62,921 nucleotides of DNA, filler included, from Reclinomonas americana ATCC 50394 (GCA_048213135.1; 5 parts of 4 records of this genome joined end to end with filler, not necessarily neighbours in it), one strand, 5' to 3'. Positions 1-12,949 are shown, counted from the first letter of the whole stretch. Translations and numbers: made by a program. Notes: a model not told the origin generated them from the letters alone.

Positions 1-211
1 ACCACCTCGTCGTCGTCCCGTGTGGAAGCGTCCAAGCGTGCGCACGCGCAATGGGCGGCGTGCGTCGCTCATGGCTGGCGTGGTGGTGGTGGTGGTGGTG
101 GTGATGATCACGGATAGATGATGGAATTTCTGATCAGTTGTTGGTCAATCATGCGCCAAAGAGGGGTGGGCCAGGGGGGCGGTCACGAGGGGCGAGCCGA
201 AATAATATCAG

Positions 212-294
212 CCGAAGGTAGCTCAGCTGGAAGAGCATGGGACTGTAAGTGTTCTGATATCCCAGGGTCGAGGGTTCAATTCCCTCCCTTCGGA
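212..294 (+). tRNA. tRNA-Tyr(GTA) with 10-nt canonical intron (249-258)
   Basis: Acceptor stem CCGAAGG(212-218)/CCTTCGG(287-293), discriminator A294, D-arm TAGCTCAGCTGGAAGAGC, anticodon stem TGGGA/TCCCA with CT-GTA-A then intron gtgttctgat, T-arm GAGGG-TTCAATT-CCCTC. The C1-G72 pair is typical of eukaryotic tRNA-Tyr. Confidence 0.95.
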
Positions 295-344
295 CCTTCG
301 ACATTCAGCATGCAAATCGAAATAACTGCAACCATATCAGTGCG

Positions 345-1290
345 CAAATAAACTCACCCTCATTGAGCACGATGCTCCTCCGTGCATGCGGGCACTCAAG
401 GAGACCACATGCTCGCTCCCCTCGAACGGGATTATCCGAGCCACCAATGCCCGCTGCACATCGCTGTGGTCAGTCAGCCACACTAACTTGCACACAACTG
501 AAAAGAAACAGCTCACCAACTTCACGATTCCTCGTGCGACGAGATGGTCACAAGATCCACACGCCGACCATCCAGACTCCGCGTCAGCGACTCACGGTGG
601 TAGTAAATGTCCGAGTACTCACTTCAAGAGTGAGGGAGTGAGGGAGTGAGTCTTGCGGTGACGCCTGGAGAAGAAGAAACACACAACACACACTGCGTCT
701 CCTCGTACGAGTACGGTACGCAGAAGGCAAAGTAGGTGACGGCAAAGCAACCGCCCTCGCTTACCATCGGCACATCTTCGCCACCAGCTGGCCCGCGCTC
801 GTAGCTGTCTGTGGTGAATACACGCCTCCGCCCTCGGCCACATTGTTCCATGCCTGCCGTCTCAGCGTCTTGCGATCCCACGTGCTGGTATTCAGCGAAC
901 CACCAATGAGCAATCTCCGAGAGAGAAAAGCATTTTCCTCGTGGCAAGCGCAACTCTGGAGATCTACGCACTCGGCATTCGACCTCGGCAAACGCTTCCA
1001 ATGATTGTGTGCTCAAAGAAAGCGCATGGAGAACTAATTGGTGGGCCTTGTCAAAGTCGCTGTACACGCGGCCGGGCACACGACGCCAGCCACCATCGTG
1101 CGGCAAAACGTGCGATCGAACGGCCGCATACCGTTCGAGTACATCTTGCTCTGGTTGTTGAGATTCATGAGTCGACAGGAGAGCGTAACGCCCTCTGGAA
1201 CGCCAGCCACTCCAAAGTAGAACCACGTGCGATGCGAGGTCTGGAACGCGGTGCTCTGGTTGCACCGGGACTCGTCCACAGACAGATATC
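345..1290 (-). pseudogene. AGBL5: Cytosolic carboxypeptidase 5 (AGBL5/CCP5, tubulin deglutamylase)-like pseudogene, N-terminal half only
   Basis: Motifs LWTSP..TAFQTSHRTWFYFGV, MNLNNQSKMYSNGMRPF, VLPHDGGWRRV, YFAFCVPYSYEETQ, IYYHRESLTRSLDGRRVDLVTIS and VVSLSARMH. They fall in shifting frames with no introns to explain the shifts (~1265, ~1110, ~370). The Zn-binding HPGE motif is degraded to HGGA, and no C-terminal catalytic part is seen before the tRNA. Confidence 0.75.
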
Positions 1291-1792
1291 TGAAATGAAG
1301 AGGAGGTGGCATTGCTCTCCACTCTGCAATGCGCACGTGTGTTGATGTGGATGGAGGGACAACGAGTGTACGCGTGTGTTTGTGAGAGTGCAGCAATGCA
1401 ACCAACCGTGGTGGAGACTGGCTAAGCAACAGTCGATCGCAAAGGTTGGCTGCGCACATACGGCTGTGCTTCCTCTGTCTCTGCTGCCGAAAGAGACACT
1501 GTGTGTCATACACAGGCATAACGCATTCTTCATACTTGCAAGAAGAGGAACGGCAAGCTGAACGCAACAGTGGAGTGAATGAGTGATATACATGTGTTAC
1601 GGAGAACAGTCATGGGAGATGCATCATCACCTCACACCACCCTTACTCCCCTTTCTCACCTGTCCCCTTTCCGTCAACATCGCCATCACTCTCTCCTCTC
1701 GCGCATCACAGCCAGTCTTTTTTGTCTTCTGTATCGGATCAACGGAAGAATCACTCTTCCATCACCGCGACAGTGTGTGAAGCAGCGACACA

Positions 1793-2237
1793 ATGGCCTC
1801 TCCTCCTCCTCCGCCTTGCCCTCACTCAACAACAACTCCTTTGCTGCCAATGTCTGCCTCTTCTCCATGCGACGAGAAAGCAGACATACTCATTGACAGC
1901 AAGCAGCATGTGAAGATGATGACGATGCATTCCTCCTCCTCCTCCTCCATCAACAGCAACGATGATACGAAGAAGAATGCATCGGGGTCGTCTGCTCACA
2001 GTGGTGTGCCTGCGATGGCGAGGCGACGAGTGCCTGTCTCCTCTTCTTCAACGTCTGTCACCACCAGCGTCACTGCCGAGACAGGTGTGTGTTTGCGTCT
2101 CACTTTCTCTCTTTGCGCGTGCTGCACTTGTGTTGCTGTTGCATACTTGATCCTCGTTATGCGGTCACTGCTGTGTGCACTCCCTTCCTCTCTGTGTTTG
2201 ATTGTGTTTTCCGCATCAGATGATGACGGGGAATTCG

Positions 2238-2269
<32 letters not shown>

Positions 2270-5200
2270 TCTCATCATGGATCGTCGCTGTTTCGTTCTC
2301 TGTTGCAGAACCAGCTTTCTTGTTGAAGGACAAGAAGAAGAAGCACAACACCGACGAGGGCACATTGCCGCTGCGCAAAGTGATGCAGAGAATCGAACTG
2401 AGCAGGGTGCATCGTTCATTCTCGTTGCTGTCACGTGCTTTGCGTCATGTGATATCTCATCGTGGTCATGCATCCACGCAGCTGCTCTCCAGGAGCACGT
2501 GAAACACACCGCGATGGATGGCATCGTCGAGGTACAGTGATTTATTTCACATCCCAAACGGGCATGTCTCTCACTGACCTTCTCTCTCCCTCTCTTGGCA
2601 TGCTTGCCAGCAAGACGACTGCTCGCCAATGAACCACAGTGATGGCTTGCCAGCATGTGACTCAGTTGATACATCGATCCGCAAGCGTTCTCTGACGGTG
2701 AGCTCCAACGAGGCGCGTACCTCACTCGTCATTCGCTTGTCTGCTGACGGTTGCTTTATCCCCGAAGGTGGATGCATCCAGCGATGACGAGCTTGCACCG
2801 CCGAAGAAGAAGAAGAAGGTTTGGATGCTATGGCGCATCTGTTTTTTGTTGATTCTTGCGTCACGCACGATCCGTGGCGTGGATTCACAGCATGGCGAGA
2901 CTGGAGCTGCGAAAGAGCCCGTGAAGTTGAGCGCAGAAGAGAAACTGCTGCTGGACCAACTGCTTGTTGCGTGTGCATGTTCTCTGGCACAATGCTGCTC
3001 ACGGATCTCCTCATCCTCGTTGCACTCATCGATGTTGGTGTGCCACGAGCAGCGATGCAATCGAAAGAGAATTCTGGTGAAGGCATTCGGCCTAATGGCG
3101 CCCATTGTTCAAGAGTTCACAGTTGCCCGCCATCAGGATGTGCTGTTTGACCTTGCCTGTGACGACTGCGGGATTCCAATGGCGATGGCGGGTCGCACGT
3201 CTTCCGCAGTCAAGTACGCGTTCGTCAAGAGGCTTGGCTGCATCGCCAGGGACTCACGCAGAAGGACCCCCAAATCAGTGGAGGGCGTGCTCAAGAGCGT
3301 GAGCCATTACATCGAGGTAAGGGAACTTGTGTGTGTGACGACCATGACCTGTGAGCCACCCTTCAAATGATTGCAACCTGCAGATGAGTGAACTCTGTGG
3401 CGTCGCTCTGGTGGATGCTGTTGAGAGACCACTGATTGTTGTTGACGATCGTGGATATTCGGAGGTGAACTTCGTTGCACATTGTGTGCGCGCTGTTTGC
3501 TGCTGTGGTCGAAGCTCACTCGGTTCGTGTGTGACAGGAATCGTGGGAGAAACTGCCACTCCGGAGCAAGAATCAGAGCAATCAATTTCTGCCATTTTTT
3601 GTCACGCAAGCCATCACTGCGCTCCGTGAGTGTCGTGGTCTCATGGTTGCACTGCTTCGAGACAAGTGTCTCTCTGGGACCGAGGTATCACGCGCCATCA
3701 CGTGGTGTCAGTCGAAAGGTCTGATTCTACTGCGACTGGCGCCGTTACACAAGTCACACGACGCAGTGACAGGTGTTGCAGAATCTGCAGGGACGATGAC
3801 GATGGAGGATGGGAGGGAGGAAGACGATGGAGATGAGGGTGGCATCGAAGATGAAGGCGATGATGCAGACATGGTACGCACAGGACAGATAATGATTGCG
3901 TCGCACCCAGTCAGACATTGATGCCTTGCGTTCACAGGTGGATGTGGGCGTTGACGATGACGAAGAATCAAAGCCAAGTAAGGTTTGGATTGTTCACGGT
4001 GGCACGTCGTTGATGGCAGGCAGACTTGTTGATTGCGAATGATATGTGATTGCAGCGCGGCAAGTGTGGCCGTCGTGCACTCACTGATGACTTGAGCGAG
4101 GACGAGCGATTGACTCTCAACAGACTCCTAGTTGCGTGTACATGTCCGCAACATCGAAGTATGGCTTCTTGGCATTGTCATATCTAGTGCACGTGCTCAT
4201 GGCACCGGTCGTACTGCGTGCAGAGTTGCAACAGGAAGATGTTACTGGTGAAGGCATTTGGCATCATGGCGCCGGTGGTGATGCCATTCACGGTTCTTCA
4301 TCATCAGCGCGTTCTCTTTGACCTCGCATGCAAGAAGTGTGGAATTCCGTCATCGGGAGCGGGCAGCCCATCGTCGACGGTCATGGATTCATTGGGCAAC
4401 AGTCTTTCGTACACTGTCCAGAACGCACGCCGCGAGACCCCTAAATCAGTTGATGGAGTTCTCCAGTGCATGAGCAAGTTCATCGAGGTGAGCACGGGTC
4501 AGTGCCGTTTCAGTTCACACGACTGAAACGAGAACCAACATCCCTGCATGTGTGCGGCATGTGTGACGTGCAGAAGAGTGATCTGCGTGGCGATGCCCTG
4601 GTGGATGCCGTTGAGAGGCCTCTGGTGTTGGTGGATGTGCGTGGTTACTCCGAGGTGTGATATCTCTCTCTGTCGTGTATGCCACTGTTCCATGTGCATT
4701 TGCATACTTACTTTCCGTGCGTTCTTTGGATAGGAATCGTCGATGTCGCAGCTTCAGAGAATGCAACACAACAAGCAGGGTTCTCTCGTGCCGTTTGTCA
4801 CGCAGGCGGTGGAGGCACTCCACAACTGCCCTTCGCTGCTTGCCACTCTGCTTGGAGACGGCTGTCTCTCCGTGGCGGACATTGCACATGCCACCGAGTG
4901 GTGCACTGAATCTGAACGAGGTTTGATGGCGTCGATTGCGTTTACTGCGTCGTGATCAATGTTGAAGTGCAAGATGCAGCTGTGACGGCGGTGACAGTGG
5001 TGAAGAAAGAAGAAGTGAAGGTGGAGGAGGAGAGCGAGGAGGATTCGGAGGACGGCAGCGAAGATGGGGACATTGACATGAAAGGAAGCAAGGTATTCGT
5101 GTGGATGGTGAGGTGAGGTGCATGCTGCAGCAGCACTTATTCGTGTGTCTGTCACAGCGGCGCGGAAATGGTCCGGTGATCCTGAGCGTGGACGAGCAAC

Positions 5201-7575
5201 TGGTGCTTGCAAGACTGCTTGTTGCGTGTGTTGGCGGGTCATTCTATGCTTTCCAGTCAATATGCCTGTGACTTACTGTGGGTGAGAGCAGAGCTGCAAC
5301 AGGAAGAAGTTGCTGGTGAAGGCATTTGGTTTCATGGCTCCTTTCGTGATGCGATCCACGGTGGCACACCATCAACGCGTGCTTTTTGACCTCGCATGCA
5401 AGGAGTGTGAAATTCCATCAGCGGGAGCAGGCAGCCCGTCGTCTGCAGTCATGGATTTATTCGGCAAGAGTCGTCTGTATACCGCCGATGATGCACGCCG
5501 CGTGACGCCCAAGTCGGTTGACGGAATTCTCCAGTGCATGAGCAAGTTCATCAACGTAAGTATGTGTCAGTTGTCCATGTCATATTTCATTTGAACTGAA
5601 AACCATTATCCCTGCATGTGTGTGTGGAATCTGCAGAAGAGTGAGCTACGTGGCGATGATCTGGCGGAAGCCATTGAGAGGCCTCTGGTGTTGGTGGACG
5701 TACGTGGCTATTCGGAGGTGTGTCGTCTTTCCATCGTGTGTGTTATGCAGTCTGCACATTCCTCATGTTATGTATTCTGGGATTCGAATGACAGGAATCG
5801 TGGAACCTGCCGACTACAAGGCCCCACGTACAGAGACCTCTGTTGCCATTCGTCTCGCAGGCAGTGAAGGCCCTCCACAACTGCCCTTCTCTGCTTGCCA
5901 CTCTGTTTCGAGACGGCTGTCTCTCCGAGGCGGACGTTGCACGTGCCGTCAAGTGGTGCGAGGAAAGAGGTTGAATACGTGACTTTCTTCTCTAATGTTG
6001 TGCATGCTAGTGCTGACAAGCAAGCGACAGCTGAGCATGACGATGGTAAATCTAAAGGCGATGACAGCGAGCAGGAAGATGAAGACATGGAAGGAAATGG
6101 GAGAAGCAAGGTATGCTCGTCACTGCAGCTGGTTCGCATGTCATTCGAGGCAGGCGAGTTTCTCATCTCTGTTTCATTGTGTTCACAGCGCCGCAAGAGT
6201 AGCACGGTGAAGCTGAGCGATGACGAACATCTAGTGCTGACGAGACTGCTTGTTGCGTGATCATGATACTGCACGATACTGTGTGTGTGTGGTCAGCAAC
6301 TGATCACTGCCCACCCACCCGTCACACTTGCAAAGCAGAGCTGCAACAGGAAGAAGATACTGGTGAAAGCGTTTGGTGTCATGGCGCCGGTGGTCATGCC
6401 ATCCGCTGTTCAACATCATCGGCGCATTCTCTGTCAACTTGCCTGCGACGACTGTGGAATACCGTCGGAGGGACCGGGCTGCCCATCATCTGCTGTCATT
6501 TCTGCATTCGGCAAGAAGCTTAGGATGTCTACTGAGAAGGCACGTAGTGCCACACGCAAGTCAGTCGAGGGCATGCTCGAGCGCATGAGCAACTACATCG
6601 AGGTGAGAGCTTGAATGAGTTTTGGGTCCGAATAATGGCGAGCCTGGTGACTGACCCCAAGTCGACTTTCACTCATCACCAGAAAAGCGGTCTTCAGGGA
6701 GCCGTGCTGGTTGATGCTGTCGAGAGACCACTGATTGTGATTGACGAAAATGGTCACTCCGAGGCATGTGAACAGTGGTCACTTAGTGTGTGCTGCTGTA
6801 CATGTGCACCCATGATTGGCTGACTTGTGGTGGCATATGAGGAATCCGCAATGTTGCCAAACGTCAGAGGCAAGTCCAACGTTTTGTTGCCGTTTGTCGC
6901 GCAGGCCGTGCAAGCCCTCCGCACTTGTCCCGGTCTGTTGGCTGCTCTGTTGCGCGACGGTTGTCTTGCGTGGGAGGAGATTGAGCGTGCAGGTGTGTGA
7001 GTAGGAAGAAGGCCTGCTGTTGTTGCATGTTGGTTTTGTATCAGCACTGACGAGCATGAGCATGATGCAGTGCTGTGTGTTGAGGAGAAGATGAAGATGA
7101 CAGTGGACAAGGAAGAGCAGGATGAGAGTGACGGCGATGACGAGAAGGGTGGCATGCGGAGCAAGCGATTCAATGTGAAGAAGGAGGAGGTGGAGGACGG
7201 GGAAGTTAAGGTCGACGTCATGCGGAGCGAGCGAATGATGGTGAAGGAGGAAGACGAAGTGGAAGCGTGGACACTGCCGTGGGTGGGCGATGATATGCCA
7301 GCACCGGTGCGTGATGAGGGAGAGGGGCTGAGTGGCTGAGAGAGAATGAGAGTTGTCCCGTGGTCAACGCAGTGAGATTGATGGTATTGTGTCGAAGAAG
7401 AAGACGTGGATGGGGTACAAAGGCGATGCGCAGTTGTTGAAGTGCTGCAGGGGAACGAGCGTTGCAAATGGAATACTTGTCGCGTAGCTGATTGATGTGC
7501 ATGTTCTTGCAGAGGGTTGGACTGCAACGTGCAAGACGAGTGAAGAAAGACAAGGTTGATGCCAGCGAGAAATGA
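1793..7575 (+). CDS. Multi-exon hypothetical protein with four tandem copies of an unknown ~170-aa Cys-containing domain separated by acidic linkers; SV40-type NLS (PPKKKKK)
   Basis: GT-AG splicing keeps one frame through four repeats (CNRKxxLVKAFGxMAPxV..HQxVLFDLACxxCGIP..ARRxTPKSVxGxLxxMSxxIE / LxGxxLVDAVERPLxxxDxRGYSE / LPFVxQAVxALxxCPxLLAxLLxDGCL). The first and last exons are uncertain. Confidence 0.7.
2891..6992 (+). repeat. Four diverged tandem ~1.1-kb units with the same exon-intron layout (R1 2891-3718, R2 4056-4920, R3 5158-5969, R4 6189-6992)
   Basis: Homologous exons and homologous splice sites recur, e.g. CTT/CTA|GTTGCG donors at 2966, 4131, 5221 and 6252. Confidence 0.9.
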
Positions 7576-10500
7576 ATTGGTGCATATACGCCACACTGCA
7601 ATAATGCGACAAATGTCCACATAATAATAATAATAATAATAGAAACTTCACTGATCCATACACAACAATGAGCATCTACCAGTGATCGCCATCAATGACA
7701 CAGTTGCATGATGATCACCATCTTGAGTGAGCACCAGCAACTCAGACATCACGGAAAAGACGAGAAAAAGTCGAGATGGCTCTAACTGGCGTTTCTGCAA
7801 GAGAAACCACGGCGCGCTCATGACAAGCACGGATCCAACGTACACCTGATTCCATGATCTTGGGCCACCCAATAGACGGATAGAGAGCACTCACAGACTG
7901 GGTCTGTGACTGCGCCTACCACCTGCTCAAGCCACCACCGATATGAGCCTGACTAACAACATGACAAGCTAATTTCTGTTTTAACAACACCACCAATGAC
8001 GATGCCTACACTGCTTTTGCTTTGCTTGCTTCACGAATCCGGACCCGGCTTTGCTTTGTTCGCCTGACTCTGGCCTTTTCCCGAATTCGATGTGCCGTGT
8101 GCGGTCGCAGAAAACGCTTTGCGTCTATGCAAGTGCGTCAAATCCACTGGTCAACCACGCTTATGCGGTGAAGATCGCAGTTCTCGACTTGTTCGGAGCT
8201 CCGAGATCGAACACTCTCAGAAACCTTCTGCTGCCCTTAAGATTGGTGTTTGTGTTGATGTTTTTGATATGGTTGAACTTGGTCATCAAGACAGCTGTTG
8301 CTTGTTGTTGTTGACGAATGAAGCAGCTTGTCCGTCACCAATATCGAATTGCTGAAGCTGGCGTCCGAATCCGAGTTTCCCCCTCCGCAGGCTTTTTGCA
8401 ACAACAATCAACATGTCGCTGTGATCCTTTACGGACGAATAGACCTCAACACAAGCTGTAGGTACAGGTGTCGCGCGTCTCCAAATGCAATTTCACGCCT
8501 CGGCTCCACATGTACTCTCCGTTCTGCAATTATCCTTTTCCAACAGGCGCCTCTCTACTTACCTTCCTGTCGCATCGCCCTTCCTTCATCTGCTGCCTGG
8601 CTTCCTCTTGAAGCCGACTCTGCACCGATTGGTTCGGATTCGGCTAGCGATTACCATTTCCAGCGCATCCAATTATTCGACATTTTTCTTTGGCGAGCGA
8701 AGGTGAGCCGGTCACTCGAGTGGCACCTGTCACAGATGCGCGGCTCCTGTGAATTTCTTTCTGTATGTGTGTGTGCGTGCTCGTGCGTATGTGAGGTGTG
8801 TGTGACGCAATGACAGTGTTGTCGGGGTGAACGCCACGTGTTTTCCGAATCGTTCCGGTTTGCTCTCTCTCTCTCTTTCGCTCTCTCTTGTCGCACGCGT
8901 GTGTATGAGTGTGAGAGAGTCATAGAGCACACCGTCAAGTGGTTCACGCAGGGGCGACAGAAATGGTCCACGAGTCGCTCGTTTGGGCATGTGCAGATGC
9001 ACATGCGCAACCAGGGCCGACTGGGAAAACTCCTCTCTCGTGGCACGCACATGCACACGTATGCACTCTGCCAGCCTCGCTTCACTCTGTGTGTGTCTCT
9101 CTCTGTCTCTCCCTCTTCTCTCTCTCTCTCTCTCTGGCTCCTTTTTGGTGTCCGATCACGTGTCATGACTCCGAGTGGGTTCATGTCGGAGTGTGACACG
9201 TTGCTCACCTGTCACTCTCCTCCTCCCCGCAATGCTGGTGTTTGCTTCGCTCTATGTCTGTGTGTGCGGATGTCGAGTTGTTGAGCATTCACTGTCGAGT
9301 AGCACGCGGGTCTCATCTGACTTGTCCATCGGGGGCCTATTTGACACATTTTTCTTTTTTTGGCTGCTGCTGTCGAGCACAAGCAAGCTCACAGAGCAAA
9401 AGTGCGTGTTTGAGTATGTGTGTGTGCATGTGCATGTGCGTGTGTGCGTTATGGGTAGAGGGACACGAGAACTCCGGTGTTGCAGTGAGGTCTCTCATTC
9501 CTCTGTTTTTGTGCTGTTGTCGCGTTTTGGTCGTGCTCTCCCCCTGTGGCTCCCCGCTGCTGTGCGAGTGAGAGTATGTCGGTCTGCGCACCCCTTGCTT
9601 CTGTGGCTCTTGTCGCGTGGGGTCGCTGTTGGGAGGCGATTCTCTTGCTGATGTCATTGCTCTTTCGTCATCATGAACACCATGCATTCCATTCTTTCCC
9701 CTGTTGCTTCGCAGCAGAAGCACTCGCGTACTGCTATACTCCGCCGTTGAGTTCTCCTCTGCTTCTGCTTTCTCTCTCTCTTTCGCTTCTACCCCCTCGC
9801 ATGTCATGACTTTTCTCGTCGCATTCGTGCTGTTCGGATCTGCTCGACAACTCTATTCTTCCTCTCTTCTCTCTCGCCCGCTCCTCTCGTTGCTGTGTGG
9901 TTCCTGGTGTTTCGGTAATCCCACTGATGTCGATATATCCGTTGTGTGGCTTCCGTTGCTTCGCGCCCATTTCATCTTTGATGGCCGATTCTGCGCTGTT
10001 TTGTGACTACTGCTGTCGCGAATGTTTGTCAGTCGTCTCTTCCCTGCGGTGCACAAGATCCAGTCCTTCCTCCACCCACCTCGTCGTTCTTGGTGGTTAT
10101 CGGGCTGCGCTGCTCCCCGGCAAATCGTCTCGGGGGTGCGGAGGCGCCTGTGATTCCTTTTTCGTTCTCCTTTGCTTCCCTTGCAGCGAATGTCTCTGCA
10201 AACTGCTTCCCCTCTGTTCCTCTTTGCGAGATCTATCCACTGTCTGTGCGTGTGTGTGTGTACGAGTCCGTGTCGTTTATGCAGTCGCGCCGATTGTTCG
10301 TCCCCTCGTGGTGTACTCCGGTAATGTGTCTGTGCTGGTGCCGTTGTGGCGCGCTCGTGCCACCGGTTGTGAATCCCACTGCAACAGTCACGCTCTTCCC
10401 TTTTTCTGGTGCACTCGCGGCAGAGAATCCTCGCGTGCTTGAGCGCGTGCTTGGCCAGTGCTTGATTCCACTACATCCGTTAGTATATTGTTGTGCTGTT

Positions 10501-10956
10501 GTGGAGCGCAGAGACAGTGGGTGTCTAAAGTAGCGGTGCAGAAAGGGCTGCGGTGGAATCGTTCTTCGTTCCTGTCGCGCAGGAAATTTGCTGACGGCGG
10601 AATCGTCCGCTCGCGGTCTGTGCCGTCGTCTCGCCTGCACGCCGTGCGAAAATACTGTGCCGTCTCGTCATCCTTTCCGCCTCCTCTCTCTCTCCCTCTT
10701 TCTCTCTCCCATTGTCGTCTCCGCCGTTTGAGTTGCTACACACTGCTCCTCTTTCGTTGCGTCATTGCAGGTTGGACTTACTGTTTGTCGGTGTGTATAC
10801 AGAACCCGCTTGTGAATTCCCGCCCCCCATGCAAGTAGCCGCCAGCGCAGACGACTGTGACTTGCGCACCACCCAATCCATGTCCACTGCCCCTGCCGAT
10901 TCCCCAGTCGCCTCTGGAAAGGCCGCGCTGCTGCTCTCGCAACAGGAGCAGGAGCA

Positions 10957-11056
10957 NNNNNNNNNNNNNNNNNNNNNNNNNNNNNNNNNNNNNNNNNNNN
11001 TTAATTAATTAANNNNNNNNNNNNNNNNNNNNNNNNNNNNNNNNNNNNNNNNNNNN
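10957..11056. other. Artificial scaffold linker N44-TTAATTAATTAA-N44
   Basis: Palindromic all-frame stop 12-mer centred in exactly 100 nt; an identical structure occurs four times. Confidence 0.97.
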
Positions 11057-12949
11057 AAACGCAGTTTCGGCGTACTGTAACCACACAACAACAATCACCC
11101 ATTGAGCAAAAAAACGCCTTTTCTCTCTCTCTCCCTCTTGTCCATCGCTCACCCATCACGCTGTCGCTCTCCCGTGAGAAACTTGGCCGAGGGCGTCTCG
11201 ACCTCATTGGTGCTCTCGATGGCATGCAAGGCGCGCGTGTACTTTTTCCGTATGCCGACCAACTCGTCCTCGGAGCGCCCATCATCGATTTTGCACTCGG
11301 GCGGAATGTACTTGAGATCGTGCACAAAGTATGGCTCGAGTTTCGCCGGATCAATGAACACCACCACGCGCGACTCGAGAAAGGCGCGTGGCACGAGAAA
11401 CGTCGGGCCCATACCCGCCACCGCAAACATGCGTTCGGCGTTGGCCTGCGCTGTCCGTGACACCAGATCGTCCTCGCCTTTCCCGCCACTTCCGCTGGGC
11501 GTCGACGAGGAGCCGGCGCCCGTGCTCAGTGTCGCAGAGTGGAGCTTGGTTNNNNNNNNNNNNNNNNNNNNNNNNNNNNNNNNNNNNNNNNNNNNNNNNN
11601 NNNNNNNNNNNNNNNNNNNNNNNNNNNNNNNNNNNNNACTGTGCGCGCGTATCAGGATTCATCGCGATGAGCACACAAGTCAGAGTCACACAAGCGCGGT
11701 GACGACAACAACAACAAAACTCGTCGAATGTCCAGTCGGAACGACTGCTCCAGCTTCTCCGTGTCGACGTAGACGAGACTCCAGCCACGGTGGGCGGCCG
11801 AGTTCGGGTACGTAAAGATGAGGAAGCTGGCAATCTCCTCGGACTCGCCAGACACCGGGTGTGGAATGACGGCCGTGTCGGTGGTCTTCTTGCTGAGACC
11901 CTCGCGCTGCACTGGCTCATCTGGTACCGCAAACAGCTCGTCGGGACCGTGACCCTGTGCTCGCTTCACCAGGTAGCCGGGAGTCGATGGCTTGAAATGG
12001 GAGGTGCGCCACGGCATTTGCTGCTCGGGAAGCTCGCGCTCCGCCGCAATGTTTCTGTGGGTGTCAAAGGATGAGAAGAGGGAGGGAGAGAAGACGAAGC
12101 TGGAGCGCACGGACTAAGAGGATAAAGACAAGAGGAGCCACTGGAAATGTGAGACAGAAGAGGAAAGGCTTCAGAATAGGATAGAGACAAGAGACGCTGC
12201 GGGAGCAATGGAGAACAGGCTGCCGGAACCGAGAGAGCGAGACCTACCTGATGCGGATCTGCGGCATGTTGGGCGCCTCCGAGCGAAACAGCTTCTCAAA
12301 CGACGCACGCTGCTCCTTTGGCACCAACAGCGCAATCACCGGAAACCCGAGATCGCGCATGGCCGCAAAACGCGTCGATCCACCCAGGNNNNNNNNNNNN
12401 NNNNNNNNNNNNNCCCACTGCATCGCCTCACACCCACCTCCTTCTCTGGCCGCACGCGCTGACCGTGCATGAGCCGGTGACAGTTGTCCTTCAGTCGACG
12501 CATGTTGTGCAACCATTCGGCACTGCCGGTGGCGTGTGTGCGGCCGAGCAGAGCCAGATCCTCTCCATCTCTGACAACCAAAGGGTGTGAGAGACGCAGT
12601 GATCGCAGCGGAGCATGCAAAACGACGCAACTGTGAACCGGTTCCATCACCGGCCGGCAGATCAAACGTCGCGAAATCCACCCATTCCTTCGGCTGCGGA
12701 CCGTCGAACCGCGCAAACGGCAGCGTCACGTGGATTTTCCTCTCCATCTCTCTGATGTTACAAGGAGGAGGGTATAAGCGTCTGTTGAGAACGCCGCCGT
12801 GTTCAACACCCAGCGCAACTTTTCCAATGAGAGCGTTTCGCGTGCACGCTCCTTGACGAGGTTCTTGCGGTCGCGTAGCCGTTCCCACACTCCCTGGTAC
12901 TCTTGCAAGGAGCGTGCACGTCGGCTGCGCTCGCCGTACCGACCAATGT
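11057..12949 (-). CDS. Internal fragment of a gene encoding tandem degenerate ParB/sulfiredoxin-like domains (at least three copies in this block)
   Basis: Spliced exons give recurring motifs FxxP..LVYVDTEKLEQSFRLD, VVFIDPAKLEPYFVHDLKYIPP..KKY..VETPSAKF..PKLRF, and LGGSTRFAAMRDLGFPVIALLVPKEQRASFEKLF. The fragment runs off both ends into gaps. Confidence 0.6.

Noticed and set aside
2713-2767. GC-AG intron at GAG|GCGCGT
   Set aside because: An in-frame canonical G|GTGAGC donor at 2698 explains the junction equally well.
2891-6992. CRISPR array or LTR/transposon repeats
   Set aside because: The units are ~1.1-kb diverged coding duplications with introns; no short identical repeats with spacers, and no transposase or RT motifs.
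6998-7000. TGA read as Trp (alternative genetic code)
   Set aside because: Single case; TGA terminates SNF1, NDUFA9 and WD40 at expected ends, and Trp is TGG elsewhere.
8700-10956. Numerous Cys/Val/Leu/Ser-rich ORFs
   Set aside because: Products of CT/GT microsatellite-rich non-coding DNA; only a weak possible gene start at ~10829 before the scaffold end.
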